A stretch of 64,000 bases of DNA from Verrucomicrobiia bacterium (GCA_963664225.1 OY760937.1:4064001-4128000), one strand, 5' to 3'; counted from the first letter of the stretch, positions 22,601-31,501 are shown. The notes: a model not told the origin generated them from the letters alone. Translations and numbers: made by a program.

Positions 22601-22807
22601 GACAGGGAGGGTGATTTGCGCCTCGGCTTCCTCGGCATTCAGAGAGGGCACCGTGGTGTTGATTTGCACCTGCACCGGCGTGGTATCCGGGAAAGCGTCA
22701 ATGGGGAGGTTCGTGAGCGAACGTCCGCCCACAAGGATTAGCACCACGGCCAGGATGGCGATGAGCAGGCGGTTCTTGAGCGAAGTAGTGATGATCCAGT
22801 CAAGCAT
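19670..22807 (-). CDS. czcA: Heavy-metal efflux RND transporter, CzcA/CusA family
   Basis: LPIDAFPD, GPISTGLGEV, SLGAVDFGLIVDG, RLRPVLMTA, GEVQRPLATVVIGG; 1045 aa. Confidence 0.95.
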   Translation of the reverse strand: MLDWIITTSLKNRLLIAILAVVLILVGGRSLTNLPIDAFPDTTPVQVQINTTVPSLNAEEAEAQITLPVELAVSGLPGLNNIRSVSKFGLSQVVATFDDDTSIFRARQLITERLQTVELPAGIARPQLGPISTGLGEVFHYVVRSDNTNRTLMELREIQDWIVKPQLRKVRGVAEVNTWGGFEKQFHVVTEPQHLVKYGLTLEQLVEALEANNQNVGGGQVVRAGESLLVHGLGLTTNVQEIANIVITAYDGVPVRVGDVAEVKVDHEIRRGAVTGAGKGEIVLGLGFMLMGENSAVVTRGLKDKLAEVQKTLPRDVKVEVLYDRTELVNNVIETVKHNLMAGALLVIAILFAFLGNLRAGLVVAAAIPLSMMFAGDLMLQTGISASLLSLGAVDFGLIVDGSVVMVENAMRRLTLRQHELGRPLTSEEREETLISAPLEVARPVAFGVGIILIVFLPILALEGVEGKLFKPMALTMIFALAGSLILALTLTPVLASLFLPKHAKESEPWLVRMTHRLYAPMLGLAMRFRAFTLLGALALLVGVAVLASRMGGEFLPKLGEGAIVGTTVRLAGISVEEAVAYNDRIEKLLLAEFPNEITNIWTRLGSAEIATDPMGIELSDFFLALKPRAEWKKARTQSELVEKMRELFAKFPGMTVSFSQPIEMRLNEMIAGVRSDVAIKIYGDDLEQLRVLSDQVQQVLGSIKGVGEVTGEQLTGQLILQVKMDPKAMARLGVPTRNVLRVVEAVGTRKVGEIREGQRRFPLVVRMPDRLRTDPDALAATLIPTATGSVLPLNQVAKVVETEGPATINREWGRRRITVQSNVRDRDVASFVAEAQKKIAEQVNLPEGYSIEWGGQFENMERANARLRFVVPMALGLIFVLLFFSLKSLRDVFIVATGIPLGAVGGVLALWLRGMPFTVSAAIGFIALSGVAILNGLVLVTFIKQRLDAGTPLEAAVREGCLVRLRPVLMTALVAAVGFIPMAVNVGVGGEVQRPLATVVIGGIVTNTVLTLLVLPTLYTTFRRKARAVSQINLPDLKTANPTV

Positions 22808-22858
22808 GGGATAAGTCTTTCAAGTGATGGCTATGATGGTTGCAATGGTTGTAATGGA

Positions 22859-24133
22859 TCAGTCATCGGCACAACCCGCGCCCAGACGCGAAATGAGGAA
22901 CGCGGATTTGAGCGGATAGGCATGGTTTATCGCCACCACTTCCCGCGACTTCAAGCCCTCGATTATTTCGACGTTTCCCTCGGACCTGGCTCCGAGACGA
23001 ACCACGCGGGCGTCAAACAAATCATCCGCCAGTTTCACGAAGACAAAATCCTTGCCGACGATGCGTTGAATGGCCGAGGTGGGCAGCAAGAGCGCGCCTT
23101 CCGCACTGCGCGTCAGGATGCGGGCCTGGGCGAACATTCTGGCTTTGAGCAAGCCATCCGCATTGGCGACTTCGGCGCGTCCACGCGCCATGCGACTTCT
23201 GTCGTCTACTTCCGCGGCAATCCATGTCAACTTGCCGGTGAAGGTCTGGCCCGGCAGCGATTCCACGCGTAATTCGACCGTCTGGCCGACTTTCACGCGG
23301 GCCAGCGCCGACTCCGGGATGTTCAGCATGGCCCACATCACCGAACGGTCCGCCACCATGAAGAGCGGCTTGCCCGCCTCCACCAGCGCGCCATGCACGG
23401 CCGTCCTCTCGATGATTTCGCCCGCGAAGGGGGCGCGCACCTCCAGAAACACGGGGTCGTTTGGTTTGGAGCCCATGCGGTCGATGTCCTCCTCGCTTAA
23501 GCCAAGCGTGCGGGCTTGCTGGCAGGCGGCGCGATGCTCGGCCTCGGCCTGCTGCAAATCCTTTTCCGAAGTCACGCGCTCCGCGCGCAACTTGCGTTCA
23601 CGGTCCAGCGTCTGATGGGTCAGAACCGCCCTGGCCACGGCTTCCGCGATGGCTGCCGACCAGAGGGTCGCAACGCACTGCCTGTCCTCAACCTTGCTGC
23701 CGAGGTCGGCTTCCACGGACTGAACTATGCCACCCACCGGTGCGGCAATCTGAGCCAGTTTGTTTTGGTTGAAGGCCAGTTCGGCGTAGCAATCCACAGC
23801 GTCGGCAATCGTCCCGATCGTTGGGGTTGCGGTTTGCACTCCCGCAATGGCGGCGGAGTCATTGGCGGCGAGACGGACCTTGAGGCCTTCCCCGGTTTTC
23901 AATTGTTCCGCGAATAGCGGTTTGCAGATGCCACACTCGTTAAGCGGGACGTTGTGCTCCGCGCATATTTTAATGCCCGCAGGCACAGGGGTTTCGCCGG
24001 TCGTTTTTTCGTGATTATGGCCGTCGCTGTCGTTTTGGACGGCAGCAGCGCCCTGTCTGGAGCAGGCGGTCAGAAGCGCCACGGCGGCGAGCAGGGCCAG
24101 GAGGTTCAATCTGAAGATCATTTTCGTGTGCAT
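22859..24133 (-). CDS. czcB: RND membrane fusion protein (CzcB-like) with N-terminal Cys/His motif
   Basis: Lipobox LLTAC; CAEHNVPLNECGICKP; APFAGEIIER barrel-sandwich; operon position. Confidence 0.88.
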   Translation of the reverse strand: MHTKMIFRLNLLALLAAVALLTACSRQGAAAVQNDSDGHNHEKTTGETPVPAGIKICAEHNVPLNECGICKPLFAEQLKTGEGLKVRLAANDSAAIAGVQTATPTIGTIADAVDCYAELAFNQNKLAQIAAPVGGIVQSVEADLGSKVEDRQCVATLWSAAIAEAVARAVLTHQTLDRERKLRAERVTSEKDLQQAEAEHRAACQQARTLGLSEEDIDRMGSKPNDPVFLEVRAPFAGEIIERTAVHGALVEAGKPLFMVADRSVMWAMLNIPESALARVKVGQTVELRVESLPGQTFTGKLTWIAAEVDDRSRMARGRAEVANADGLLKARMFAQARILTRSAEGALLLPTSAIQRIVGKDFVFVKLADDLFDARVVRLGARSEGNVEIIEGLKSREVVAINHAYPLKSAFLISRLGAGCADD

Positions 24134-24151
24134 AAGGATAAATCGTTAATG

Positions 24152-25495
24152 TTACTTTGTGGGCTGGCTGGATGATGCGGATGTGGGATCGACTTGCGTT
24201 CGACCAAGCAAGGCTTCGAGTTCGGCTTGTGCGATGTTTAATTCGAGCAGCTTTTGCAGGTAGGCCAGCCGTGCCTCCGCCGCCGTGCGCTGGGTGTCCA
24301 GCAGGTCGATGAAGCCGAATTTCCCCTGCTCGAAGCCGCGTTGCACCAAGCGCAGGGCTTCGTTCGACTTGGGAAGAATACGCTCGCGGTAGCTGGCCAC
24401 TTGCTCGTTGGCGGTGCGAAGCCGGTAGCTGGCGGTTCCCCAGGCCCGCAGCAGGCGTTGCTCAATGGCCGCCGAATCGGCTTCCGCGATGGCCACGTTG
24501 GCGCGGGCTTCCTGCTTCCTTCCCTTCGAGCGGTCGATGATCGGCAGTGGCAACGAAATGCCAAACTGCACGATGGATCCCTCTCGTCCGGCCTCTTCGC
24601 CGGCAGAGACGCCAAACTTCACGTCGGGATAGGGTTCGAGCCGGGCACGACGCAACTCCAACGCAGCCCTTTCACGGCTGGTTCGGGCGGCGACCACGCT
24701 GGGATGCGTGGGCAACCATTGCGACGGCCCCTGATCCAGCAATGCCAGATTCGCGGTTTCCGAAAGCGTCCCGGACACCAACGCGTCCTCGATGTCGGCA
24801 CGTCCGAGCAGCATCGTGAGCGTTTGCCGGGCTGCGACGCGTTCGCGCTGGAACCCCGCGAGCTCAGTCCTGGCTTGCTCCAAGGGGATTTCCGCACGCA
24901 ACTGCTCCTGGTCAGGGGCGGCACCGGCGGCCACGCGTTTGCGCGCCGTGTCCGCTGACGACTCGGCCACTTTCACCAGTTCGCCTGATACCTCCACAAG
25001 GCGTTCCGCTGCGAGGACCTGGAAGAACGTTGCCTTCACGTCGCGCACCAATTCCAAACGGCGCAGGTCGTAATCCATTTCCGTAACGCGCATTCCCGCC
25101 GAGGCAATCCGGCTGTCCAATTTCTTTTTGCCGGGAAATGGGACGGATTGCGTCACGCCAACGAGCTTTTTGGCGTTGGAGAAACCCCCGCCTCCCATCG
25201 GCAAATCCTCCGCGCTCAGGGCCAGCTCGGGGTTGGACCACAGTTTCGACTGGTAAGCCCGGCCTGCGGCGGCATCGACGCGTCCGGTGGCGGCGCGCAA
25301 ATCGGGATTGTTTTCCAGCGCCAGCCGGATCGAATCGTTCAGAGTAAGGACATGGGTCGAAACCGCTGACGATGATCGCGGGGCGGGGGAGTCAGCACTT
25401 TTGGCGGCGAATCCCTGGACGCAGAGGCCGCCGCAAACCAGCGACACCGCCAACATACGAAAATGGATCGGAAATAGTTTCTGTTTCATAAACAT
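24152..25495 (-). CDS. czcC: TolC-family outer membrane factor (CzcC-like)
   Basis: ALENNPDL, SLPLP, GKFGFIDLLDTQR motifs; first gene of the CBA operon. Confidence 0.88.
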   Translation of the reverse strand: MFMKQKLFPIHFRMLAVSLVCGGLCVQGFAAKSADSPAPRSSSAVSTHVLTLNDSIRLALENNPDLRAATGRVDAAAGRAYQSKLWSNPELALSAEDLPMGGGGFSNAKKLVGVTQSVPFPGKKKLDSRIASAGMRVTEMDYDLRRLELVRDVKATFFQVLAAERLVEVSGELVKVAESSADTARKRVAAGAAPDQEQLRAEIPLEQARTELAGFQRERVAARQTLTMLLGRADIEDALVSGTLSETANLALLDQGPSQWLPTHPSVVAARTSRERAALELRRARLEPYPDVKFGVSAGEEAGREGSIVQFGISLPLPIIDRSKGRKQEARANVAIAEADSAAIEQRLLRAWGTASYRLRTANEQVASYRERILPKSNEALRLVQRGFEQGKFGFIDLLDTQRTAAEARLAYLQKLLELNIAQAELEALLGRTQVDPTSASSSQPTK

Positions 25496-25598
25496 CGGGC
25501 ACTACGCAAAACACGGGCACAAAACGGTTAAAGATTGAATACGGAATTAGGCGGTGTGAGGTCACACCACGTGGAAGGGAAGCCCCGAATGGGACTGC

Positions 25599-25988
25599 TT
25601 ATGAAACGAGGGAAGGAGCGCGGACAGGGATCGCCGCGCGGATAAAGAACTGCCAGGGTCTAGGAATATCAGGAGGCGCCGCGGTAAGAACACCCACCCA
25701 GACCTCGGATGGAAGACTGTGCTCGAACTCCATCAGCGGAATACACGATACTACCACCAGAAGGCTGGGGCCTATCGACATCTCGTTTTGCGGCAATTGA
25801 TACTGGCCGGTTTCCGCAGAGCAACAGCCGGAATCAGCGCAGTGGGAAGCGGGATCGGAAGCAACCGCGCTGCCAAAATCGCATTGCAGGATGGCCAACT
25901 CAGTCACCGTCTCCAATTGACAATGCATCGACAGCGGCGCCCAACCGAGCGCCATCAGCAGAATCAGCAATGTCTTTGCAAGCCGCAC
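25599..25988 (-). CDS. Cys/His-rich membrane-anchored leader protein upstream of czcCBA (DUF2946-like)
   Basis: Hydrophobic N-terminus; HC, HCxxxGCC; C-terminal VRAPS; GTG start inferred. Confidence 0.65.
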   Translation of the reverse strand: MRLAKTLLILLMALGWAPLSMHCQLETVTELAILQCDFGSAVASDPASHCADSGCCSAETGQYQLPQNEMSIGPSLLVVVSCIPLMEFEHSLPSEVWVGVLTAAPPDIPRPWQFFIRAAIPVRAPSLVS

Positions 25989-26069
25989 GAATACACAGGT
26001 AACTTCTAAACTGAAAATGTTCAATCCTGAATGTGGTTTTGTCATGCACCCCCCCCCAAAAAAAAGTTT

Positions 26070-26087
26070 GCATGACTTATGGCACAT
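26070..26087 (+). promoter_or_regulatory. Putative response-regulator operator GCATGAC-N3-TGGCACAT
   Basis: Matches 30279-30296 except in the central 3 nt. Confidence 0.55.
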
Positions 26088-26121
26088 GGTGTTTTTCGGG
26101 GTTTGTGTTTACGATGGGTCC

Positions 26122-27447
26122 ATGAAGGGATCGATCATTCACTGGCTTGCGGGGACGCGGGCCGGAGATTTGCTCGCGACACTCTGGCCGGCCAGTGTGG
26201 CGGGGGATTCGGAATTTCAGCGGCGCAGAAAGATCGCGGTCCGCAGCGCACAACTTGCCGCCCTTGCGTTGGTTGTCGTGGCCATCATTGGGGCGATTGC
26301 GAACAATTTCGATAACTTGTCTGGAGCGCGGCTGGCGGGGTTGGTCGTTTTTGGGTTCGCCTATACGGCGTGGAATATCATCGGCACCCGGGATATTGTT
26401 CGCGTGCTTCTGTGGGAACCGGACAGCACGCCACCGGTGGAGTTGTTGCAGGATGGAAAGGGCAGGGTCATTTTCTATTTTGCGGTTCAGCTCGGACTGG
26501 CGGGCCTGATCTATTCCTGCGTCGAGCCGAGCCTCAAACTGGGGCTGCTGTGGCTGGTGCTTCTGCCGCCCGTGGCGCACGGCGTCATACTGTTGCGCGC
26601 GCCGGGCATCGGCATCGTTGCCTCGGTGACCATGGGGATCTTTGGATTCTTCTTTGTGCGCTGGCACGGGTGGGAGTTGCTGCCCAACGCCCTGCTGGCC
26701 TTTGGATTTGCGGTGTTATTCACGCTGATTTTCACACTGCTAGCGGTCAGCTCTGAAACGGCGCGGGGGGAGGTGCAGCGGCTGGCGTGCGAGCTTTCGG
26801 ACGCCAATGGCAAGCTCCGTGAGTATGCCGTGCAGGCCGAGGAACTGGCGGTGACGCGCGAACGCAACCGGCTGGCGCGGGAAATTCACGATACGCTCGG
26901 CCATTACCTGACCGTGGTGAATGTGCAGATCGAGGCCGCGCGGGCCATGCTGGACCGCGATCCCGACAAGGTGCGCGACTCCCTCCAAAAGGCCCAGTCG
27001 CTCACCCAGGAAGGGCTGCAGGACATCCGGCGTTCGGTATCGTCGTTGCGGGCATCGCCATTGGATAACAAGAATCTGGTGGATGCGCTGAGGCAGGCTG
27101 TTGAGGCCGTGCGCACCAGTGGATTAAGTGCTGAATTGGAGTTAATTGGAAAATGCCGGACATTGTCGCGACCCGCGGAATTGACCCTGTATCGCGCCGC
27201 GCAGGAAGGACTGACCAATGTTCAGAAACATGCCCAGGCTGCGAGCGTGCGGCTGGTGTTGGATTTCAGCGACACGACGAGAACACGATTAACGGTAACG
27301 GACAATGGTGTGGGAAGTGTTGAAAAAACGGGGCATGGGTTTGGTCTGCTCGGACTGCGGGAACGGGCACACCTGGTGGGAGGCGCGTTGAAGATTCGCA
27401 CCGCTCCATCGGCGGGATTTGCGCTGGAAGTGGAGGTGCCGGGATGA
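26122..27447 (+). CDS. Membrane sensor histidine kinase (HisKA_3, DesK/NarX-like)
   Basis: Multiple TM helices; ERNRLAREIHDTLGH; QEGLTNVQKHA; DNGVG, GFGLLGLRER. Confidence 0.95.
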   Translation: MKGSIIHWLAGTRAGDLLATLWPASVAGDSEFQRRRKIAVRSAQLAALALVVVAIIGAIANNFDNLSGARLAGLVVFGFAYTAWNIIGTRDIVRVLLWEPDSTPPVELLQDGKGRVIFYFAVQLGLAGLIYSCVEPSLKLGLLWLVLLPPVAHGVILLRAPGIGIVASVTMGIFGFFFVRWHGWELLPNALLAFGFAVLFTLIFTLLAVSSETARGEVQRLACELSDANGKLREYAVQAEELAVTRERNRLAREIHDTLGHYLTVVNVQIEAARAMLDRDPDKVRDSLQKAQSLTQEGLQDIRRSVSSLRASPLDNKNLVDALRQAVEAVRTSGLSAELELIGKCRTLSRPAELTLYRAAQEGLTNVQKHAQAASVRLVLDFSDTTRTRLTVTDNGVGSVEKTGHGFGLLGLRERAHLVGGALKIRTAPSAGFALEVEVPG

Positions 27448-28097
27448 AGCCCATACGTGTCTTGCTAGTCGATGACCAAGTCTTGTTTCGGGAGGGGTTG
27501 AGAACACTGCTGTCGATTCATCCAGACATCCAAGTGGTGGGTGAGGCGGCCAATGGCGAGGAGGCTGTGCAAAGTGTAAAGGCGCTGCAGCCGAGGGTGG
27601 TATTGATGGATTTGCGGATGCCGGTGATGGGCGGGGTCGAGGCCACCCGGCGCGTTCGAGCCGTCGATGCCCATTGCCAAATCATCGTGCTGACCACGTT
27701 TGACGATGACGAGGATGTGTTCGATGCGTTGCGGGCCGGAGCGGCCGGATATTTGCTCAAGGACGGGCCGTCCGGAAAGCTGGTGGAAGCGATTCGGGCC
27801 ACGGCGCGGGGTGAATCGTTTTTGGAGCCGTCGATCACGGCCAAAGTGGTGGCGGAGTTCAACCGTCTTTCCAATAACCGGCGACCCGCGATCGCGCCGC
27901 TGGTGGAACCACTTTCGGAGCGCGAATGCGAGGTGCTGAGTCACCTTGCGCAAGGCAGGAGCAACAAGGAAATTGCGGTGGCTCTGGGATTGGCGGAGGG
28001 CACGGTCAAGAATCACATGACCAACATTCTGGGCAAGCTTGGGGTGCTGGACCGGACGCAGGCGGCGCTCAAGGCCAGGGAGTACGGACTTATTTAA
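27444..28097 (+). CDS. NarL/LuxR-family response regulator
   Basis: VDDQ..LMDLRMP receiver; LSERECEVL..SNKEIA..TVKNH HTH; ATGA overlap with the kinase. Confidence 0.96.
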   Translation: MKPIRVLLVDDQVLFREGLRTLLSIHPDIQVVGEAANGEEAVQSVKALQPRVVLMDLRMPVMGGVEATRRVRAVDAHCQIIVLTTFDDDEDVFDALRAGAAGYLLKDGPSGKLVEAIRATARGESFLEPSITAKVVAEFNRLSNNRRPAIAPLVEPLSERECEVLSHLAQGRSNKEIAVALGLAEGTVKNHMTNILGKLGVLDRTQAALKAREYGLI

Positions 28098-28259
28098 CCC
28101 GAAATCCGAAATAGGAACGGCCCATCTGACGCAACCATTTGGCCATCCATGGTTTGAAACCGGCTGTGGATTATTGATTTAATACACCCTCGCCGATTGC
28201 AAATCATGGCTGCCTCAAAGCATTGCATCATCTTGACCCTTCTTATTTCGGATTTCGGG
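28098..28259. mobile_element. 162-bp MITE (non-autonomous IS derivative)
   Basis: 20-bp TIR CCCGAAATCCGAAATAGGAA / TTCTTATTTCGGATTTCGGG (1 mismatch); 5-bp TSD TTTAA at 28093-28097 and, after removing the intron, 28260+30236-30239. Confidence 0.85.
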
Positions 28260-28260
28260 T

Positions 28261-30235
28261 GTGCGCCAGTGAAATTGGTAGCCTCGTGGGTGAAAGTCCC
28301 GCCGGTCGAATTAGACGGTTCACGACCGAAATGCAGCGTCCGGGACGAGGCCGTGAGGCCGAACCACAAGCGGGACGCTGAAAGAACTGTCGGGTCGTAA
28401 CGAAAGTAAACCTCATCAAATGAGCTCCGAAACCGAAATAACCGGTAAGCCGAGCCGCTACCCGAACGGCGAAGGCAGAAACGCGGCGTCATCAAATCGT
28501 CAAATGGGCGCTGTTGATTCCGGCGGAGTCAGCGAGGGCGACACGACAGGAAGGGAAACCAAGGTAAGCTGGGAGATCTCTGGAGGCGGGGCGATAAAGC
28601 CTCAACCGCCGGTGCAAGGAGGAACACCCTCCGAGGCCGCACGGGCAGCCAGAGAAGTCGGAGTCTTCCATAGTAGCGAAGAAGCTGGGGCGACCAAAAC
28701 CCCGGCGGAGCCAAGGGAAGGCACTTGGATCGAAGCGAATCAAAACAGCGAGGGACAGGGAGATGGCCTTGAGGGAGTGGAAACACTTTTTCAACGGATA
28801 ACAACCCCGATAAAAGTTCAAAAGCTGCAGCGAGCGCTATATTGCAAAGCCAAGGCTGAGCCGAAGTATCGGTTTTACAGCCTCTACGGAGAACTGCTGC
28901 GGAAGGACGTGCTGGAAACGGCAATGGCCTCCGTGGCGCACAACAATGGCGCGGCTGGGATCGACGGGCAGACATGCGACGTCTATCTTGCCAGCGACGA
29001 AGCCTGGGACCAATGGCGGAACCAACTGCTGGAGGAGTTACGCACGAAGAAGTATCGGCCAAGCCCGGTGAAGCGTGTGTATATACCAAAAGGAGACGGG
29101 AAGCTGCGACCCCTGGGCATCCCGACAGTGAAAGACCGGGTGGTGCAGACAGCGGTGGTGATTGTATTGCTGCCGATTCTGGAAGCCGATAGTCATCCGA
29201 ACAGTTACGCCTATCATCCCAAACGCAATGCCCACCAAGCAATGGAGGCGATCAAGAAGGCTACGCTGACAGGACGCGTCGAAGTTATAGACGCGGACTT
29301 AAGCGGGTATTTTGACAGCATTCCCCACAGGCGTTTGTTGCGCATAGTGGCCAAGCGGGTCAGCGATGGAACAATTCTCAAGCTGATCGCAGGATGGCTG
29401 CGCGCGCCCGTGAATGAACCGCAAAGCGACACAGGGAAAGGCGGGACAAAGGGGGGGCAAGGTCAGAATCGACGGGGGACTCCGCAAGGCGGGGTTGTAT
29501 CGCCGATTTTAGCCAATGCATACCTCAACCAGTTGGATTGGGAAGTCAACGAACGCTGCGAACTCAAACCCGTGATGGTGAGATACGCGGATGATTTCGT
29601 GATACTCGGACAGCCGGGGCAGGGACGGGAACTGATGGAACGACTGGAACGATGGCTGAAGCAACGCGAGTTAGTGCTCAACGAGAAGAAGACCCGCTTG
29701 GTGGACCTCCGCCAGGATGGCATCAAATTCTTGGGATTCGCGCTAACAATGCGACAGGGGAAGGGGAAATGGAAATATCCGCATGTGGAACCCCATCCCA
29801 AGAGCCAGAAGAAGTTTCGAGACGGGATTCGGGAGAAACTCAACCGAAGCACGCTATGGCGTGATATCGGAGAGGTGATTCCCGAGCTCAACAAGAAACT
29901 CAAAGGTTGGAAGGGTTACTTTCACTACGGGAACAGCACCAAGGTGATGGGCCAGATGAACGAATACGTCAGCAGCAAGTTACAACGATGGTTGTGGCGC
30001 AAACACGGATGTAGTCGGGCGCAATGGTCCACATACCCCAAGGAGGATCTCTATGAGCGTTATGGTTTATACCAAATGCCGGAATATGCGGCATGGAAAC
30101 GATGACGTCGAAGCGATGCAACGTATGATCCCCGGAGAGCCGGATGCGGGAAAACCGCCTGTCCGGTTCGATGAGGGGCGAAATGCGACGGTCATTGGCC
30201 ACGGCCATTCAATCCGTCCATTTCGCCTACTCTAC
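28261..30235 (+). mobile_element. Group II intron (complete ribozyme plus intron-encoded protein)
   Basis: 5' GTGCG; domain V GAGAGCCGGATGCGGGAAAACCGCCTGTCCGGTTC near 30135-30169; domain VI ending CCTACTCTAC; EBS1 ACCCGAA at 28460-28466 pairs with the 5' exon. Confidence 0.95.
28777..30105 (+). CDS. ltrA: Group II intron reverse transcriptase/maturase (RT-X, no endonuclease domain)
   Basis: GAAGIDG, RPLGIPTVKDR, DADLSGYFD, GTPQGGVVSP, RYADDF, GWKGYF; start codon inferred (GTG). Confidence 0.93.
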   Translation: METLFQRITTPIKVQKLQRALYCKAKAEPKYRFYSLYGELLRKDVLETAMASVAHNNGAAGIDGQTCDVYLASDEAWDQWRNQLLEELRTKKYRPSPVKRVYIPKGDGKLRPLGIPTVKDRVVQTAVVIVLLPILEADSHPNSYAYHPKRNAHQAMEAIKKATLTGRVEVIDADLSGYFDSIPHRRLLRIVAKRVSDGTILKLIAGWLRAPVNEPQSDTGKGGTKGGQGQNRRGTPQGGVVSPILANAYLNQLDWEVNERCELKPVMVRYADDFVILGQPGQGRELMERLERWLKQRELVLNEKKTRLVDLRQDGIKFLGFALTMRQGKGKWKYPHVEPHPKSQKKFRDGIREKLNRSTLWRDIGEVIPELNKKLKGWKGYFHYGNSTKVMGQMNEYVSSKLQRWLWRKHGCSRAQWSTYPKEDLYERYGLYQMPEYAAWKR

Positions 30236-30278
30236 TTAACGGAGGTTGCCGAGGTCATGGGATGCACATGACCACAAG

Positions 30279-30296
30279 GCATGACCTCTGGCACAT
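30279..30296 (+). promoter_or_regulatory. Putative response-regulator operator GCATGAC-N3-TGGCACAT
   Basis: Second copy of the motif at 26070; extra GTCATG/CATGAC hexamers at 30254 and 30267. Confidence 0.55.
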
Positions 30297-30336
30297 CACA
30301 AGCTTCCATTAAACTGACACACTGTGCCTATAAATT

Positions 30337-30885
30337 ATGGCGGAAGAGCATCAAAAAAAGAGAAAGAGCAGGCTCAAGATCTTCGGTTGGATTTGCGCGA
30401 TGGGCTTTGTGGTGTTTGTTGTGGCGGGGTTGGTCGTGCTGAATCGCCTGCACAACTATCCCCCCAAGGAAGCCATGCTGGATATCAAGGCGGGTCTGGC
30501 CGTGCGGCATGGACCCAGGCAGGTGGAACGATTTCTCGAGGCGCGCTATGGATCGATGACCAATGCCGCCAATCGCGAGAAAGCGTTTTTGGATTTTTTC
30601 AACGTCGATCATATCAAGGGGCTTAACTTTCTGGTCAGCCACATGCCTGCGGAGCGACGGGGTTCAAACATAACGGCGATGGCGGAGTGGGTTGCAAACT
30701 ATCGAGAGACCATGACGGCGGAAGAGAAAATGTATCTGGGCGAGCAACTAAACTCGCCGGAGGGAGTGGCCCAAGTCCGAAAGGCGACGTCGCAATACCT
30801 GCAGCAGGATGTCCGCTATCGGGCCGCCAACGCAATGGTGATCTCGGAATTGCTGACCACACTGACCACCCTCAAGAACCCTTGA
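30337..30885 (+). CDS. Hypothetical single-pass membrane protein
   Basis: Basic N-terminus, one TM helix, then a helical domain; first gene of a probable three-gene operon. Confidence 0.75.
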   Translation: MAEEHQKKRKSRLKIFGWICAMGFVVFVVAGLVVLNRLHNYPPKEAMLDIKAGLAVRHGPRQVERFLEARYGSMTNAANREKAFLDFFNVDHIKGLNFLVSHMPAERRGSNITAMAEWVANYRETMTAEEKMYLGEQLNSPEGVAQVRKATSQYLQQDVRYRAANAMVISELLTTLTTLKNP

Positions 30886-30895
30886 TTTGAACGCT

Positions 30896-31501
30896 ATGAA
30901 CCCCTGCAATGAGGAGTCGCACTGCGCTGATCTGCAGCACAGAATGGATTCGAAAATGGATTCAAAATCCGGGCATGCCTTCACATTGATCGAACTGCTG
31001 GTGGTCATCAGCATCATTGGCATCCTGGCCGGGATGCTGTTGCCGGCATTGAGCGGGGCAAAACGGAGCGCGCATTCGACGGCCTGCATCAGCAACCTTC
31101 ACCAACTCGGCCTGGCACTTCATCTCTATGTGGAAGACAACCAAGGGCGTCTGCCTTTTTGCTCGATGCTGCCCAGCCAGTTTACCAACCTGGCGCCCAT
31201 CACCACCACGCTTTACCACTATGCGCCCGCAAAGACAGTGTTTAAGTGTCCGGCAGACAAGGTGTTTTTCGATGTCGAGAAGACCAGCTACGAATGGAAC
31301 TTTTTTCTCAATGGGGCGTCCTATGATCGTCCCGAAGAATGGTCCAAAATCACCAAAGCCCTCGTGGGAACGATTTTCGGTGCAAGACAAGACACGCCCT
31401 TGATGGGGGATGCGGGTCCGTGCCATATCGCCAAGGGAACCTTGAGCGGCAAGAATGCGCTGTACTTCGATGGGCGCGTTCAAAGGGCGAAAAACAATTA
31501 G
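30896..31501 (+). CDS. Prepilin-type N-terminal cleavage/methylation protein (PVC pseudopilin-like)
   Basis: [41 protein letters not shown]-terminal NALYFDG. Confidence 0.9.
   Translation: MNPCNEESHCADLQHRMDSKMDSKSGHAFTLIELLVVISIIGILAGMLLPALSGAKRSAHSTACISNLHQLGLALHLYVEDNQGRLPFCSMLPSQFTNLAPITTTLYHYAPAKTVFKCPADKVFFDVEKTSYEWNFFLNGASYDRPEEWSKITKALVGTIFGARQDTPLMGDAGPCHIAKGTLSGKNALYFDGRVQRAKNN

Noticed and set aside
28420..28776. N-terminal 119 aa of the 561-aa RT ORF in the track
   Set aside because: It overlaps ribozyme domains I-III, including the EBS loops; RT homology starts only after about 28777.
28777..30105. RT as a retron, DGR or CRISPR-associated RT
   Set aside because: It has a maturase X domain, a GTGCG 5' end and domains V/VI; no template/variable repeat pair, msr-msd or cas genes are seen.
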